A DNA stretch of 64,000 bases from Planctomycetes bacterium GWF2_41_51 (GTDB taxonomy: Bacteria > Planctomycetota > Phycisphaerae > Sedimentisphaerales > UBA12454). Every line of letters starts with the position of its first letter. Position 1 is the stretch's first letter. Shown here in pieces: positions 1-9,679 of this stretch. Under the pieces are notes generated by a model, which saw only the letters and a list, made by a program, of their open reading frames with translations, was not told where the DNA came from and ran no database searches. A program made the translations under genes and the position numbers. The stretch covers positions 18,994 to 82,993 of the forward strand of contig MHXZ01000112.1 of assembly GCA_001825665.1 (NCBI GenBank), in the 5' to 3' direction.

Positions 1-3000
1 ACTTATCGGGGTGATTATTACGCTCTTTGCGGAAATACCGTTAAAGTTGATTTCGGTATTATGAGCATAATCAGGTCCATGCGAAGCTTCACCGAACATG
101 TGCGTCGTTCCAAGTGTGTTATACGTAACACCATCCGCGGAATATTCAATATAAGCTTCTTCAACACCTTCAATATCAGATGGTCCGCCTGTTCCAACGC
201 CGTTATGATTCCAAATCCACATCGTTCCGAGATTATATGCCTGCTCAAAGTCATATTTTATCCAGGCAATGCCGAATTGCGTTGAACCAGGTGCCGCTAC
301 TCCGGGCCAATCCCATACCGGTATTGATCGCCACATTCCATATCCTGTCGCGGGAGCTTGCCAGTGTTTAAGTCCGTCAAGACCCCAGCCGTTTACAGTA
401 TTAGATGCCGTATCAATACTATACGCACCGTGAGCAGTAACTATAATATCATCGCCGTTAATAGCTTTTTGATATGCTGCACCATCTGAAGTATTTTCAA
501 AATTCCATTCGAGAGATTTTATAGCTGCTTGAGCAGTTGTAAAACTCCATACATTTCCAGTTACCTTATTTTCTGCTCCATAAGAATTATCGTAAACATC
601 TACGCGCCACAGATAAGATTTCAAAGGATTAAGAGTTGTTGTCGCAAATTCGACCGGTTGTTTATTTACTATCTTCACCGGATTGGTAAAACCCGGATCG
701 ATTGCGGCATCAGCGATATACACGTCACATGAAACGCTTCCTGTTGGTTCGCTTGGCCTTGGGTTCGTCCATTGTAATGTTTGTGCGTCCTGATAACATG
801 CTTTCACTCCATTTGCCGGCAATGGAGAATGAGCTGTTGCATTACTGTATCCGACAGCAATTCTCAAAGTCTTTCTTCCAAAATCATCATTCACAATTTG
901 CGATCCGAAAGTATAATTCGCGTCTTCAGATATTACTGAAAGACCTTCATCAATTATGTCCTTTGCGTTTACTATGTCGTAAGTCGAACCAGTTGCAAAG
1001 CCATTAAGCAAACGAACAACAATTTTCGAGCCATTTTCAAAAGTCGCATTGCCATCGGTTGCTACAACAGGTGTAATGTCTGAATCAAGACCTACCAGGA
1101 AAGTTCCTTTGTCGGTAACTCTGAACCTGTCGAAAGATATGCTGGCAATGTTTGAGCCGAGCACTTCGAAACTTGCACTGTCAATTACAAAATTTGTCGG
1201 AGCAGTTAAAGAACCGCCGGAAATACTGTATTGTGCTGAACCATCGCTATAGCCCAATCTGCATGAGCTTTTGACATTCACATCAAATACAACCTGACCC
1301 CCTGTTTGAGTAAAGTTGCCTTGTGAGTTGCAATATCCCAGTCTGAAAACTTCGCCATGCTGAACAAATTTGCCGCCTGAAATCGTATAATTTACATTCG
1401 CTGCCGCGCCTGTAGTTGTAGTATTCCAGCCCATATTAAGATCGCCGGTAATATTTACATCGCCTGCGGTTTGATTGATTATAACGTTTGCACCCGGCGA
1501 TAATGCCATCATTACATCACCATTTACTTTTACATTGCCGCCTGAAATATTTATTTGTGCGGTTTGTGAAGGCGCGCCGCCTGCGACCAATTGCTGGAGA
1601 TTTAATTTTGAATTATTGTCAATATTTAATACAGGTAAACCAATTCCTCCGATTCGCAGTTTCTTTGCCTCGCATTGCGAACCATCGGTTGGCAGAGAGA
1701 CAGTTCCGCCATTGATAACAGCGCTTTTGCTGATTGATGGCGCCCCGTTTTGCCATGTACCGGAACTTGACCAAAAACCGTTTCCACTATTACAAATAGA
1801 GGCATTAAGTTGTCTTAATTTCAACCATTGACCTTTTACAGCATCATTTTCGATATAATATTCAAAATCATAATTTGGTGTCAGAACCACAAGTTTAAGA
1901 TCAGAAGCAGTAATACTATTTGTTGCAGCCGATGCATACATAAGAGGATAAACTGTTCCAGCGGTTCCATTAAAACCGCCAAGAGTATTGATTGTCATTG
2001 TTCCATTAGTGAGAACAGCATTGCCGTCAGCCGAGAAATTAGTGAGTTGAATTGGCGTAACACCACTTGAATCTAATTCATAAGCAAGCGTTTCATTGAT
2101 ACCATTCCAAAAACGGAAACATGGACCAACACCCATTCTGCCCATCGCAGCTATATTCGTTGCACCAGTGCCGCTGACTTTAAAAATACCATTATCTATA
2201 ATAACTGGAAATCGAGATTCGAAAGTTCCACCGGAAATTGAAATTTCACCATAACCTCCGCTTGATCCAATTTGCAATTTATCTGTAGTGCCATTAATAC
2301 CGGTAAAAATGAAATCTCCACCGGTTTGATTAAGATAGCCCTTTCCACCGTTTATTCCGAAAGCAAAAACTCTGCCATTTGATATAATTTGGCCGCTTGA
2401 TAGATTGAACCTTCCGACAGAATCAGGAACATATCCTAAATAAACACGTCCTCCGTTTGCCCTGAAAATACCACCATTGCTAATATTCATTGTGAAATTA
2501 CAATCAATCGGAACTGTCACGTTTTCAGAATACGGCATATATGTATTATTAACATTCGAAAATGTTCCACCTGAAAGATTGTAGACCGAAGTGCCTTGGC
2601 CAAAATCAACAGAAGGAGGGCTTGTGGCAGTAATATTAATTGTGCCGCCAGTTTGGTTAAAGGTACCCAACCATCCGGCCCCACAACCCATATAAAATCT
2701 ATAAATGCTAATAGTGCCTGATTCTACTGTTAATGATGCACCGCTTGGTCCGCCGAGATAAATTCGCTGTATTCTGCCATTTGGAATATGATCTGAATTA
2801 ATAACAGCAGAACCTTGCTGAACGCGAGCAAACACAGTGTTCCAATTAGATGCTTCTCCCGTAGGAACATAACCGGGGAAAATCCATTGCGGTTCATCCG
2901 GTTCGCCAAACCAATTTGCAGATACATCCCAATATCCATTTGGGGTCGGGCAAGTCCAATAATAATCTGCACATGCTAAAGACGAGAATAGCAAAACTAA

Positions 3001-3030
3001 AAGGGAACATTTTATCAGTTTCAAATTCAT
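1..3030 (-). CDS. Large secreted beta-strand-repeat exoprotein (autotransporter-associated PATR-like repeats) with a discoidin/F5-8-type-C-like module; C-terminus runs off the window
   Basis: Absent from the supplied ORF track because it has no stop in the window. I read all 1010 minus-frame codons from the ATG at 3030-3028 down to base 1 and found no stop. AGGAGG lies 4 nt upstream of the ATG. The N-terminus MNLKLIKCSLLVLLFSSLACA is a signal peptide. The body has reiterated G-rich repeats (e.g. GINGGKGYLNQTGGDFIFTG). The last ~200 aa in the window (IAWIKYDFEQAYNLGTMWIWNHN...EEAYIEYSADGVTYNTLG) look like a galactose-binding/discoidin fold. Confidence 0.85.
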   Translation of the reverse strand, partial: MNLKLIKCSLLVLLFSSLACADYYWTCPTPNGYWDVSANWFGEPDEPQWIFPGYVPTGEASNWNTVFARVQQGSAVINSDHIPNGRIQRIYLGGPSGASLTVESGTISIYRFYMGCGAGWLGTFNQTGGTINITATSPPSVDFGQGTSVYNLSGGTFSNVNNTYMPYSENVTVPIDCNFTMNISNGGIFRANGGRVYLGYVPDSVGRFNLSSGQIISNGRVFAFGINGGKGYLNQTGGDFIFTGINGTTDKLQIGSSGGYGEISISGGTFESRFPVIIDNGIFKVSGTGATNIAAMGRMGVGPCFRFWNGINETLAYELDSSGVTPIQLTNFSADGNAVLTNGTMTINTLGGFNGTAGTVYPLMYASAATNSITASDLKLVVLTPNYDFEYYIENDAVKGQWLKLRQLNASICNSGNGFWSSSGTWQNGAPSISKSAVINGGTVSLPTDGSQCEAKKLRIGGIGLPVLNIDNNSKLNLQQLVAGGAPSQTAQINISGGNVKVNGDVMMALSPGANVIINQTAGDVNITGDLNMGWNTTTTGAAANVNYTISGGKFVQHGEVFRLGYCNSQGNFTQTGGQVVFDVNVKSSCRLGYSDGSAQYSISGGSLTAPTNFVIDSASFEVLGSNIASISFDRFRVTDKGTFLVGLDSDITPVVATDGNATFENGSKIVVRLLNGFATGSTYDIVNAKDIIDEGLSVISEDANYTFGSQIVNDDFGRKTLRIAVGYSNATAHSPLPANGVKACYQDAQTLQWTNPRPSEPTGSVSCDVYIADAAIDPGFTNPVKIVNKQPVEFATTTLNPLKSYLWRVDVYDNSYGAENKVTGNVWSFTTAQAAIKSLEWNFENTSDGAAYQKAINGDDIIVTAHGAYSIDTASNTVNGWGLDGLKHWQAPATGYGMWRSIPVWDWPGVAAPGSTQFGIAWIKYDFEQAYNLGTMWIWNHNGVGTGGPSDIEGVEEAYIEYSADGVTYNTLGTTHMFGEASHGPDYAHNTEINFNGISAKSVIITPIS

Positions 3031-3082
3031 TTTTCCTCCTGAGTAAATTTATTTAAACAGTTTCTTTTTCTTTTTTAAACAT

Positions 3083-3940
3083 TTATTGAGGATAAGCTAT
3101 AGGATAACCCCATATTGCTCTGTAAACTCTGTCGAAATCGTCATCTTCTTTTGGCACAACGTAAGTTGATCCATCGTATTTTGAGTAATCTTTTTTCCAT
3201 GCCCAATATTCTGTATGCCCGTCACCGAATGAAAGTGTTGTCCCTTTTTTGCCATTATGAACCTGTGGCGGAATATCACGCCATTGTCTTGTTGCCAGAA
3301 AAGGACTGTAACATTCGAACCCATAATTTTCTTCAAAGACTCCGCCCTGACAAATGAATACCATTTTTTCACCGGCCTGCTTGATTTGCGATGTTTTCTT
3401 GTAAATTCTGCTCAATCTTCCACCCCATTCTTCTCCTGTACCGTCATGTCTGTATCCGTTCATCATTGAGCTGACTGCGTAGCTTCTTGAATTATCTTTT
3501 GCAGTTGCACCTGGACAGCGGTACGATTTAAGATTCTGCATATAAGGCCACATTAACCCCATGTCAATTAATGCGTCCTGAAACCATTGCTCCTCGAATG
3601 CTCTTGGAACTGGATAATCTGCACATGCTACCCAGCTTGGTTCGGGATGATATGAGGTTGCTGTTTTCCACATCAGGCTTTTGGCACCGTTTTGACGTGC
3701 TCGCCTTGTCGCACCAAAAACAATCTTGCCGTCATTGTTGATCGCATATACATTCCAGCCGACAAATAATTGTTTCACATTGCTCATGCATATCGCCTTT
3801 TTCCCCTGTTCGCGGGCCTTGTTCAAAGCAGGCATAAGAACGGCCAAAAGAGTCGCTATAATAGAAATGACTACCAGCAATTCCACAAGAGTAAATCCAA
3901 GACATCGCTTTATCATTCCTTGTTCAGACTTGTTTAACAT
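3083..3940 (-). CDS. Prepilin-type N-terminal cleavage/methylation domain protein, DUF1559 / H-X9-DG class (pseudopilin-like)
   Basis: Class-III signal peptide ...KRCLG|FTLVELLVVISIIATLLAVLMP. The C-terminal HNGKKGTTLSFGDGHTEYW resembles the H-X9-DG motif, here with 11-residue spacing. Only 52 nt separate it from the downstream giant exoprotein gene, so they are probably co-transcribed. Confidence 0.85.
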   Translation of the reverse strand: MLNKSEQGMIKRCLGFTLVELLVVISIIATLLAVLMPALNKAREQGKKAICMSNVKQLFVGWNVYAINNDGKIVFGATRRARQNGAKSLMWKTATSYHPEPSWVACADYPVPRAFEEQWFQDALIDMGLMWPYMQNLKSYRCPGATAKDNSRSYAVSSMMNGYRHDGTGEEWGGRLSRIYKKTSQIKQAGEKMVFICQGGVFEENYGFECYSPFLATRQWRDIPPQVHNGKKGTTLSFGDGHTEYWAWKKDYSKYDGSTYVVPKEDDDFDRVYRAIWGYPIAYPQ

Positions 3941-4017
3941 AAAATTACCCTTTCATTGCGAAGATAAGCTTTTTTGCTAAAATTTGATATTATAAATATA
4001 ACTAAATCCCCTTATGT

Positions 4018-4066
4018 AAAACATAGCGAATATTCGCCAATACCTTTAAAAAATGAACCAATTTGC
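4018..4066 (-). promoter_or_regulatory. Copy 1 of a conserved ~46-nt upstream element (CATAG-N9-GCCWAWACCT-N8-TGAACC on the + strand)
   Basis: CATAG at 4022 and TGAACC at 4054, a 32-nt spacing identical to the copies at 5547/5579 and 7647/7679. It lies 78 nt upstream of the DUF1559 gene start at 3940. Confidence 0.55.
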
Positions 4067-4198
4067 ATTTTTTACCTCTTTTTGGATAAAAAATTTGCCG
4101 CTTAAAACCCTTTTACAATCATTACTTCCTCTTGTATTTGATAAAAACTACTAAAAAGCCTTACTTTGAAAATTGAAACTACATAGAAAAATGAATAT

Positions 4199-4230
4199 AA
4201 AAAAAAGGCAGGTGGTTAAGCCTGCCTTTC
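4199..4230 (-). terminator. Rho-independent terminator after the PEP-CTERM gene
   Basis: The minus strand reads AAAGGCAGG-cttaacca-CCTGCCTTT followed by a T8 run, 17 nt after the stop at 4247. Confidence 0.8.
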
Positions 4231-4246
4231 GGGAAATAATGAAGTT

Positions 4247-5425
4247 TTATTTTTTACGTTTAATGAATAAGAAACTTCCAAAACTCATTAAAAGCATTGT
4301 TGCTGGTTCCGGAATTACCGTTAATTGAAGCAACTCACCGCTTTCATAACCAAAATCAACAGCATTTACAACTGCCCAACTGAACAGGGTAGAATCAAGA
4401 TTAACAAAAGACATACCAGTTGTGTGGATACCAAAATTCTTTGCCCAGATAACATCATAAGTATCGCCGATTTGACCATCAAAGCCTTCGAGCGTATCTA
4501 CTTTAAATATCACGTTATCCAACAAAGCGCCTACATTATAGATAGAAGCTGCATCTGTTCCAACTTGTACCAGCGTGCTTCCATCAGCATCAAGTTCAAC
4601 GACAAAGTTAATATTCGCACCAACAGCACGGTTAAAACTAATCTGCTGTATGTCTATGAGATCAGATCCTGAACCGCTTACAGTGAATGTGCTATTATTA
4701 TATGCACCCATATATTTATCAACTATTAATGAGCCGCCGGAAATCGAATAAATGCCCGATGAACCAGCTTGATAGCCAAGGCGAGGTCTGTTAAGCAAAG
4801 CTGTGCCGCCAGTTTGATTGAATTGGCCGTTGCCTAAATTTCCGATTTCAAGATAGGTAGTCGTTCTCATTGTATTTAGCGTGCCGCCAGACAGATTAAA
4901 TATACCTGTTGATCCAGCCGCATCACCAATATAAGAAGTGGTAAGGTCCAATGAACCGCCCTGGAGATTATAAATTCCTGTGCCGCCGTTAATTCCGCCT
5001 ATTCTCATATTGCTTCCAGCATAATGGGTGCCGGAAATTTGAGTAGCTGTTCCTGTACTGTTTGCTTTATTGCCAAGGTAGCTTCTCCAGGTAGAAATAT
5101 CCGCATCAATTTCCAAATGTCCGCCATTTACATATACCCTTTGAACCACACCATCTGGTCTTGATGCCCATGTAACCTGAGGATTGCCATCTTCTATGTA
5201 GGCGTATGCCAAATTTGCGTTTTCCGCCCAAGTACTATCCGGATTTGCAGGATTTCCCTCAACCCAGCCGGGAACATACCATGTCGGTGTCGCTTCTGAC
5301 CAATTGGCCTGGTCCAACCATGAACCATTACCGCCAACCCAAAAAATGTCATCTGCTTTTGCCCCCATAACCATACATAAAAATAAAAATACTACTGCTA
5401 ACTTCTTCATCTTCAACTCCTTCAA
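4247..5425 (-). CDS. PEP-CTERM-anchored secreted beta-strand-repeat protein
   Basis: Signal peptide MKKLAVVFLFLCMVMGAKA. G-rich repeats of the form GGSLDLT...IGDAAGSTGIFNLSGGTLN. The C-terminal VIPEPATMLLMSFGSFLFIKRKK gives a PEP motif, a TM helix and a basic tail. Confidence 0.85.
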   Translation of the reverse strand: MKELKMKKLAVVFLFLCMVMGAKADDIFWVGGNGSWLDQANWSEATPTWYVPGWVEGNPANPDSTWAENANLAYAYIEDGNPQVTWASRPDGVVQRVYVNGGHLEIDADISTWRSYLGNKANSTGTATQISGTHYAGSNMRIGGINGGTGIYNLQGGSLDLTTSYIGDAAGSTGIFNLSGGTLNTMRTTTYLEIGNLGNGQFNQTGGTALLNRPRLGYQAGSSGIYSISGGSLIVDKYMGAYNNSTFTVSGSGSDLIDIQQISFNRAVGANINFVVELDADGSTLVQVGTDAASIYNVGALLDNVIFKVDTLEGFDGQIGDTYDVIWAKNFGIHTTGMSFVNLDSTLFSWAVVNAVDFGYESGELLQLTVIPEPATMLLMSFGSFLFIKRKK

Positions 5426-5542
5426 AAAGTTAAAATTTTTTAATCTTTTTACAGCACTTTAAATCAACAAAAAATTTTTGAGTTACCTCCCTTCCTGAAA
5501 TCTTTTATATGTATAAATCAATATAGCAAGTATCTTTGCCTG

Positions 5543-5591
5543 AAAACATAGCAATATCTCGCCTAAACCTAGTCAAAATGAACCTAATACA
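5543..5591 (-). promoter_or_regulatory. Copy 2 of the conserved ~46-nt upstream element
   Basis: CATAG at 5547 and TGAACC at 5579. It lies 118 nt upstream of the PEP-CTERM gene start at 5425 and just downstream of the URO-D-like gene stop. Confidence 0.55.
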
Positions 5592-5601
5592 CATTTATTA
5601 T

Positions 5602-6669
5602 TCATAACGTCTTATAATTATATTCTTCATTGAACGATTCTAAAACTGCAATCGCATTCTCAAGAGGAGTATCATCCAGGATCATCTTTGCCGGCCCGAG
5701 TATATAGCCGCCATCTTTTGCCATTTCACTTCGTAATTTTTTTACTTCCTTTTTTATCTCATTTGGCGTCCCAAAAGGCACTGTTCTTTGAGAACCCAAA
5801 CCTCCCCAAAAAGCCATTTGGCCTGAAAATAGTTTTTTTAATTCATAAGGATTCATTGCTTCAGGCTGTACACTTTGAAGGCAATTCAAACCAATTTCAA
5901 CGCAATCGCCAATGATTTCCGAAACATTTCCACAACAATGCGATATTACATATTTTCCGGCAGCATGAACTTTATCGTAGAGCCTGGCCACTCTGGGCTT
6001 TACAAGCTCTCTCCATCGCGCAGCACCGATAATAACACCTCTTTGTTCACACCAATCATCACTGAAATAAATTCCATCTGCTGAAGTTTGAATTAATCTT
6101 TCAATCATTTGAAGCTGATGTTCTGTAACAGCTTCAATTAAATCTTCATAAAAGGCAGGTTCGGCAGCTATATCCATTAAAGTATTTTCAAAGCCGCGAA
6201 GAGTCCAGGTACGTTCGAATAAGCCGAAACTGAAAGTAACAAGTGAAAAATATTCTTTCGAAGAAGCAATTTTCGCTTCAGTTTCCTCTAAAATTCTATC
6301 AGGACACAATTCTTCGACAGAAGGAAATTTGTATCCATTTAAAGATGGTTTTTCTAAAGCAGGAATCTCGATGTGCTTGGCTCCCATTCCATATCGCCAG
6401 GTTACGCCATAATCGTCCTTAAAAATATCTTCATGATTGTCAGATTCTTTTATTCCTGAAAATGAAACAATCGCATTATGCAGATTATTTTTCCAGCGAT
6501 TGGAGCCATAATATTGATCTATTTTATTTGAAATCCCATCCGCAAACGACAATCTGCCGTAAGGTACCGGCACCGTCGATTTAAATTCCAACTGATCAAC
6601 AACTAATTGTTTATAATTAAACATTGATGCAAATATCCTTTCTGTATTGATCTTTGCTTGAGATTCCAT
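5602..6669 (-). CDS. Uroporphyrinogen decarboxylase (URO-D) family / MtaA-like fold protein
   Basis: The C-terminal half (HCCGNVSEIIGDCVEIGLNCLQSVQPEAMNPYELKKLF...FWGGLG...GGYILGPAKMILDDTPLENAIAV) fits the URO-D barrel family pattern by eye. There is a 6-nt gap to the upstream AraC gene. Confidence 0.6.
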   Translation of the reverse strand: MESQAKINTERIFASMFNYKQLVVDQLEFKSTVPVPYGRLSFADGISNKIDQYYGSNRWKNNLHNAIVSFSGIKESDNHEDIFKDDYGVTWRYGMGAKHIEIPALEKPSLNGYKFPSVEELCPDRILEETEAKIASSKEYFSLVTFSFGLFERTWTLRGFENTLMDIAAEPAFYEDLIEAVTEHQLQMIERLIQTSADGIYFSDDWCEQRGVIIGAARWRELVKPRVARLYDKVHAAGKYVISHCCGNVSEIIGDCVEIGLNCLQSVQPEAMNPYELKKLFSGQMAFWGGLGSQRTVPFGTPNEIKKEVKKLRSEMAKDGGYILGPAKMILDDTPLENAIAVLESFNEEYNYKTL

Positions 6670-6675
6670 CCTCTG

Positions 6676-7602
6676 TTAGTTTTCCCTTCTTTTCTTAGTA
6701 TCTTTCTTTTCCATAACTTCCATATACTTACCGCGATATTTTCTCGGTGAAAGGCTGTATTTTTTTCGAAAACAAGTTGAAAAATAAAAAGGGTCATCAA
6801 AACCAACTCTTTGAGATATTTGCGATACCGACAACGAAGAGGTCACAAGTAAATTTGCCGCTGTATTAAGTTTGACCCTCATAAGGTAATTGTGAGGCGA
6901 CATATTTCCCTGCTTGGAAAATAGTCGGGCTAAATATTGAGGTGTAACGCAGCATTTTTCAGCTACCTGATTTATACTTTTGATTTCCGTGTAATGTCCG
7001 TCAATGTAATCTCTGCATTCTTTAAATGTTAAAGCTGACAGCGTTGAAGTATGCTCCTTGATTTTAGAAGCAGCTGCCATTTCCAAAAAAAGAGCTTTTA
7101 AATAAAGAGAACAAATTTCGTAGGTATATTCGGTCGAATTATTTCCGTGCCTCAATATCCGCCAGAAAAGGCTTCCGGCAATATCTGGATTTTCCAATTT
7201 CAAAACTACTTGCTGTTCAAAGCCGCATTTTTTGAAGAATTCAATGGCCTTTTTACCTTGAAACAAGACATATAAATATGATAGCCCTTTACCTCGAATC
7301 CCTTTAAAGCTATGGCTTGTTTCCGGCAAAAGCCCTATCATCATGCCTTTAGAAATTTTAAATGTTTTATTGTATGCAATTAATTCTCCTTCACCGTCCG
7401 CAATGAATTTTATCATATGGTAATTAAATGAAAAATTCTGCTTATCATCATCAGAGAGATGTTTTTCGTACCCGCCAGCCAACAATGAAAATCCATCTTT
7501 TAAAGGCAATTTATCCAATCTGAAATAATTACCTTCCGCGATTCCGAACTCTGGATTTAATATTCTTCCAAATGCAAACATTTTCGTTCCCGAGAAATTC
7601 AA
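6676..7602 (-). CDS. AraC family transcriptional regulator
   Basis: N-terminal cupin-like sensor plus a C-terminal double HTH (INQVAEKCCVTPQYLARLFSK...LSVSQISQRVGFDDPFYFSTCFRKKYSLSPRKYR). Confidence 0.9.
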   Translation of the reverse strand: MNFSGTKMFAFGRILNPEFGIAEGNYFRLDKLPLKDGFSLLAGGYEKHLSDDDKQNFSFNYHMIKFIADGEGELIAYNKTFKISKGMMIGLLPETSHSFKGIRGKGLSYLYVLFQGKKAIEFFKKCGFEQQVVLKLENPDIAGSLFWRILRHGNNSTEYTYEICSLYLKALFLEMAAASKIKEHTSTLSALTFKECRDYIDGHYTEIKSINQVAEKCCVTPQYLARLFSKQGNMSPHNYLMRVKLNTAANLLVTSSLSVSQISQRVGFDDPFYFSTCFRKKYSLSPRKYRGKYMEVMEKKDTKKRREN

Positions 7603-7642
7603 ACATTAATTAATTTTTAAGTATATTATATTTGGGTATAAG

Positions 7643-7691
7643 CCCCCATAGATATATATGGCCAATACCTTTGAATATTGAACCAGTTTAC
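7643..7691 (-). promoter_or_regulatory. Copy 3 of the conserved ~46-nt upstream element
   Basis: CATAG at 7647 and TGAACC at 7679. It lies 41 nt upstream of the AraC gene start at 7602. It matches copy 1 at 34 of 46 positions in a gap-free alignment. Confidence 0.55.
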
Positions 7692-7876
7692 AATGAAAAT
7701 TTTATTTTACATCTAAAATAATCCAAAAATTTAATTAGCAGAATCGTTTCGTTCTCCATTATCTACCATCATCAGCTATCACGTTTACTTTTAATGTGTT
7801 TCCAGTAACCTGTTGAATTGTTTTCTGAGGCAGGACCTGCAATTGTGCTATGATTTAAACGAAGCTGAATTAATGT

Positions 7877-9679
7877 TTATTTCATTTTTACTATTTTTAA
7901 CTCATAAGGTTTAAGGCTTAACGAATGTGTTTGGCCGAATCGAGTTTTTATTTCTCCTGCTACTATACTTGCATTGTAATTAGCGAGTATTGTTTTTTTA
8001 TCATAATAAAAACATTGAACTGCCACAGGCCCTTTCCAATAAACAGAAAAATCAATATTTGCGAAACTGAGAATATCTAACACTCTATTTCTCCACTGAC
8101 TGCAAAGCAAAACCTGTTTCGTGCGGGATAAATTATAACCGAAAATTATAAGTTTACCTTTACCTAAAGCAAATATTGCAGCGGTACAGCCTGCCTCTTT
8201 GCCATCCACATTGAAAGATCGCCATTTATATTTCAAATCTTCATTCGTCTCTATATAAGATATCGAATCCGAGGGACAATCAGCTATTATATCGCATCTG
8301 CTGCCATCAGATAAAATTTCATATCTGTTCAAACTAAAAGAGCCGCTAATATTGAAAGCAACCTGACCTCCATAAATTCTATAACATTCGGCTGCCCTTG
8401 AATCCAACACCGTAACGCCGCCATTAAAAATATATTCATCAATATTTGCTATCATTTTCCTGCTTATATATGAAGAACAAATTATTGCGGGTTGATTTTC
8501 AGGTATAGCAGGCCGGATAATTACAGGCAATCCCAAAAGACTAATTATGTTATATGCGTTAATCGGGTCATCTGTTGCACCGTAAGGAACCGATATGTTT
8601 ATGGGTGTATATGAGCCGAGGTTGGAATCGATGTAAATACATAAAGGCGATTGTGGTTTGGTTTTTATTTCTTCGGAGATTTTTAAGACATGATTTTTGC
8701 TTTCAATAACGGCATCGCACAGGCCTGTACGTTCAAATTCTTCAGGCCAACACCAATGGATTGTTTTTTGAGCGGTTGCGGCAATAACTAAATCAGTCTC
8801 GAACATAACAGAACCGGAGCTTCGATAAGAAACCGCCGGTACAGACGTTACTTCAAGCATCTTTTCGGTATTTTCAGGATAACAATCATTCATGTATTGC
8901 GACCAGCCGGTCGATTGACAGATATGCCGTATATCGTCATCATAACATTCGCCGCAGAGACGTGTAAAAGCCGGTGCATCCTCAGTGCTGAAAACTTTTA
9001 ACCAATCAGCGGGATTGCGGCCTGAGAAATCCTGGCAGCGTTTTGCGGATGTGCAAATACCTATTCTGCACTTTGGATTAATACTATGTACAGCTTGTTC
9101 AATCTGTCGAGCATAATTGATCATTCCCTGATATTTATACTCGTACCATTTCTGACGCAGATTTTCATATTCAGGATTATCAAGAATGCTGCTTAAAATA
9201 TGTTCAATCTGCGATCTGCTTTTGCCTTTAAAGCCGGCGAAGCCGGTAATATGCTCATCACAATAACAAAATGCATCTCGCAGGTCATCGTCAAACATCA
9301 GGCGATTAAATCCAAGCCCGGCAGCTTTTTTTGCGAACGCAATCATTTCCTGTTGACGAGTTTTGTCGCGGAAACAAATAAATGCCGGCCGAGGTGAACC
9401 GTCGATATTTTTTTGCATTCTGTAACGATTTGGAAGCTGGTAATTACCTTCAGGATGGTTAATGGTTATAAAAAAAGGAAAGACTTCGAGTTTTTTCTTC
9501 AAACTCAATTCGGCTTTAGCAGCAAGTTTTTCCAGATTAGATAAAATAATTTCAGGTTTTGATAATACCTCATTATTCGTATCGAAAGGGGTAACATACG
9601 CACGTTTTACTCCCATATCCGTGAGACGGTTGATATCAAAACGCAAACGAGACTGCGAAGTATAAAAAATTTCAGACAT
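7877..9679 (-). CDS. Hypothetical 600-aa cytoplasmic protein (no family recognised)
   Basis: Long uninterrupted ORF with ordinary composition and no signal peptide. The only ORFs on the opposite strand are short shadow ORFs. Confidence 0.6.
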   Translation of the reverse strand: MSEIFYTSQSRLRFDINRLTDMGVKRAYVTPFDTNNEVLSKPEIILSNLEKLAAKAELSLKKKLEVFPFFITINHPEGNYQLPNRYRMQKNIDGSPRPAFICFRDKTRQQEMIAFAKKAAGLGFNRLMFDDDLRDAFCYCDEHITGFAGFKGKSRSQIEHILSSILDNPEYENLRQKWYEYKYQGMINYARQIEQAVHSINPKCRIGICTSAKRCQDFSGRNPADWLKVFSTEDAPAFTRLCGECYDDDIRHICQSTGWSQYMNDCYPENTEKMLEVTSVPAVSYRSSGSVMFETDLVIAATAQKTIHWCWPEEFERTGLCDAVIESKNHVLKISEEIKTKPQSPLCIYIDSNLGSYTPINISVPYGATDDPINAYNIISLLGLPVIIRPAIPENQPAIICSSYISRKMIANIDEYIFNGGVTVLDSRAAECYRIYGGQVAFNISGSFSLNRYEILSDGSRCDIIADCPSDSISYIETNEDLKYKWRSFNVDGKEAGCTAAIFALGKGKLIIFGYNLSRTKQVLLCSQWRNRVLDILSFANIDFSVYWKGPVAVQCFYYDKKTILANYNASIVAGEIKTRFGQTHSLSLKPYELKIVKMK

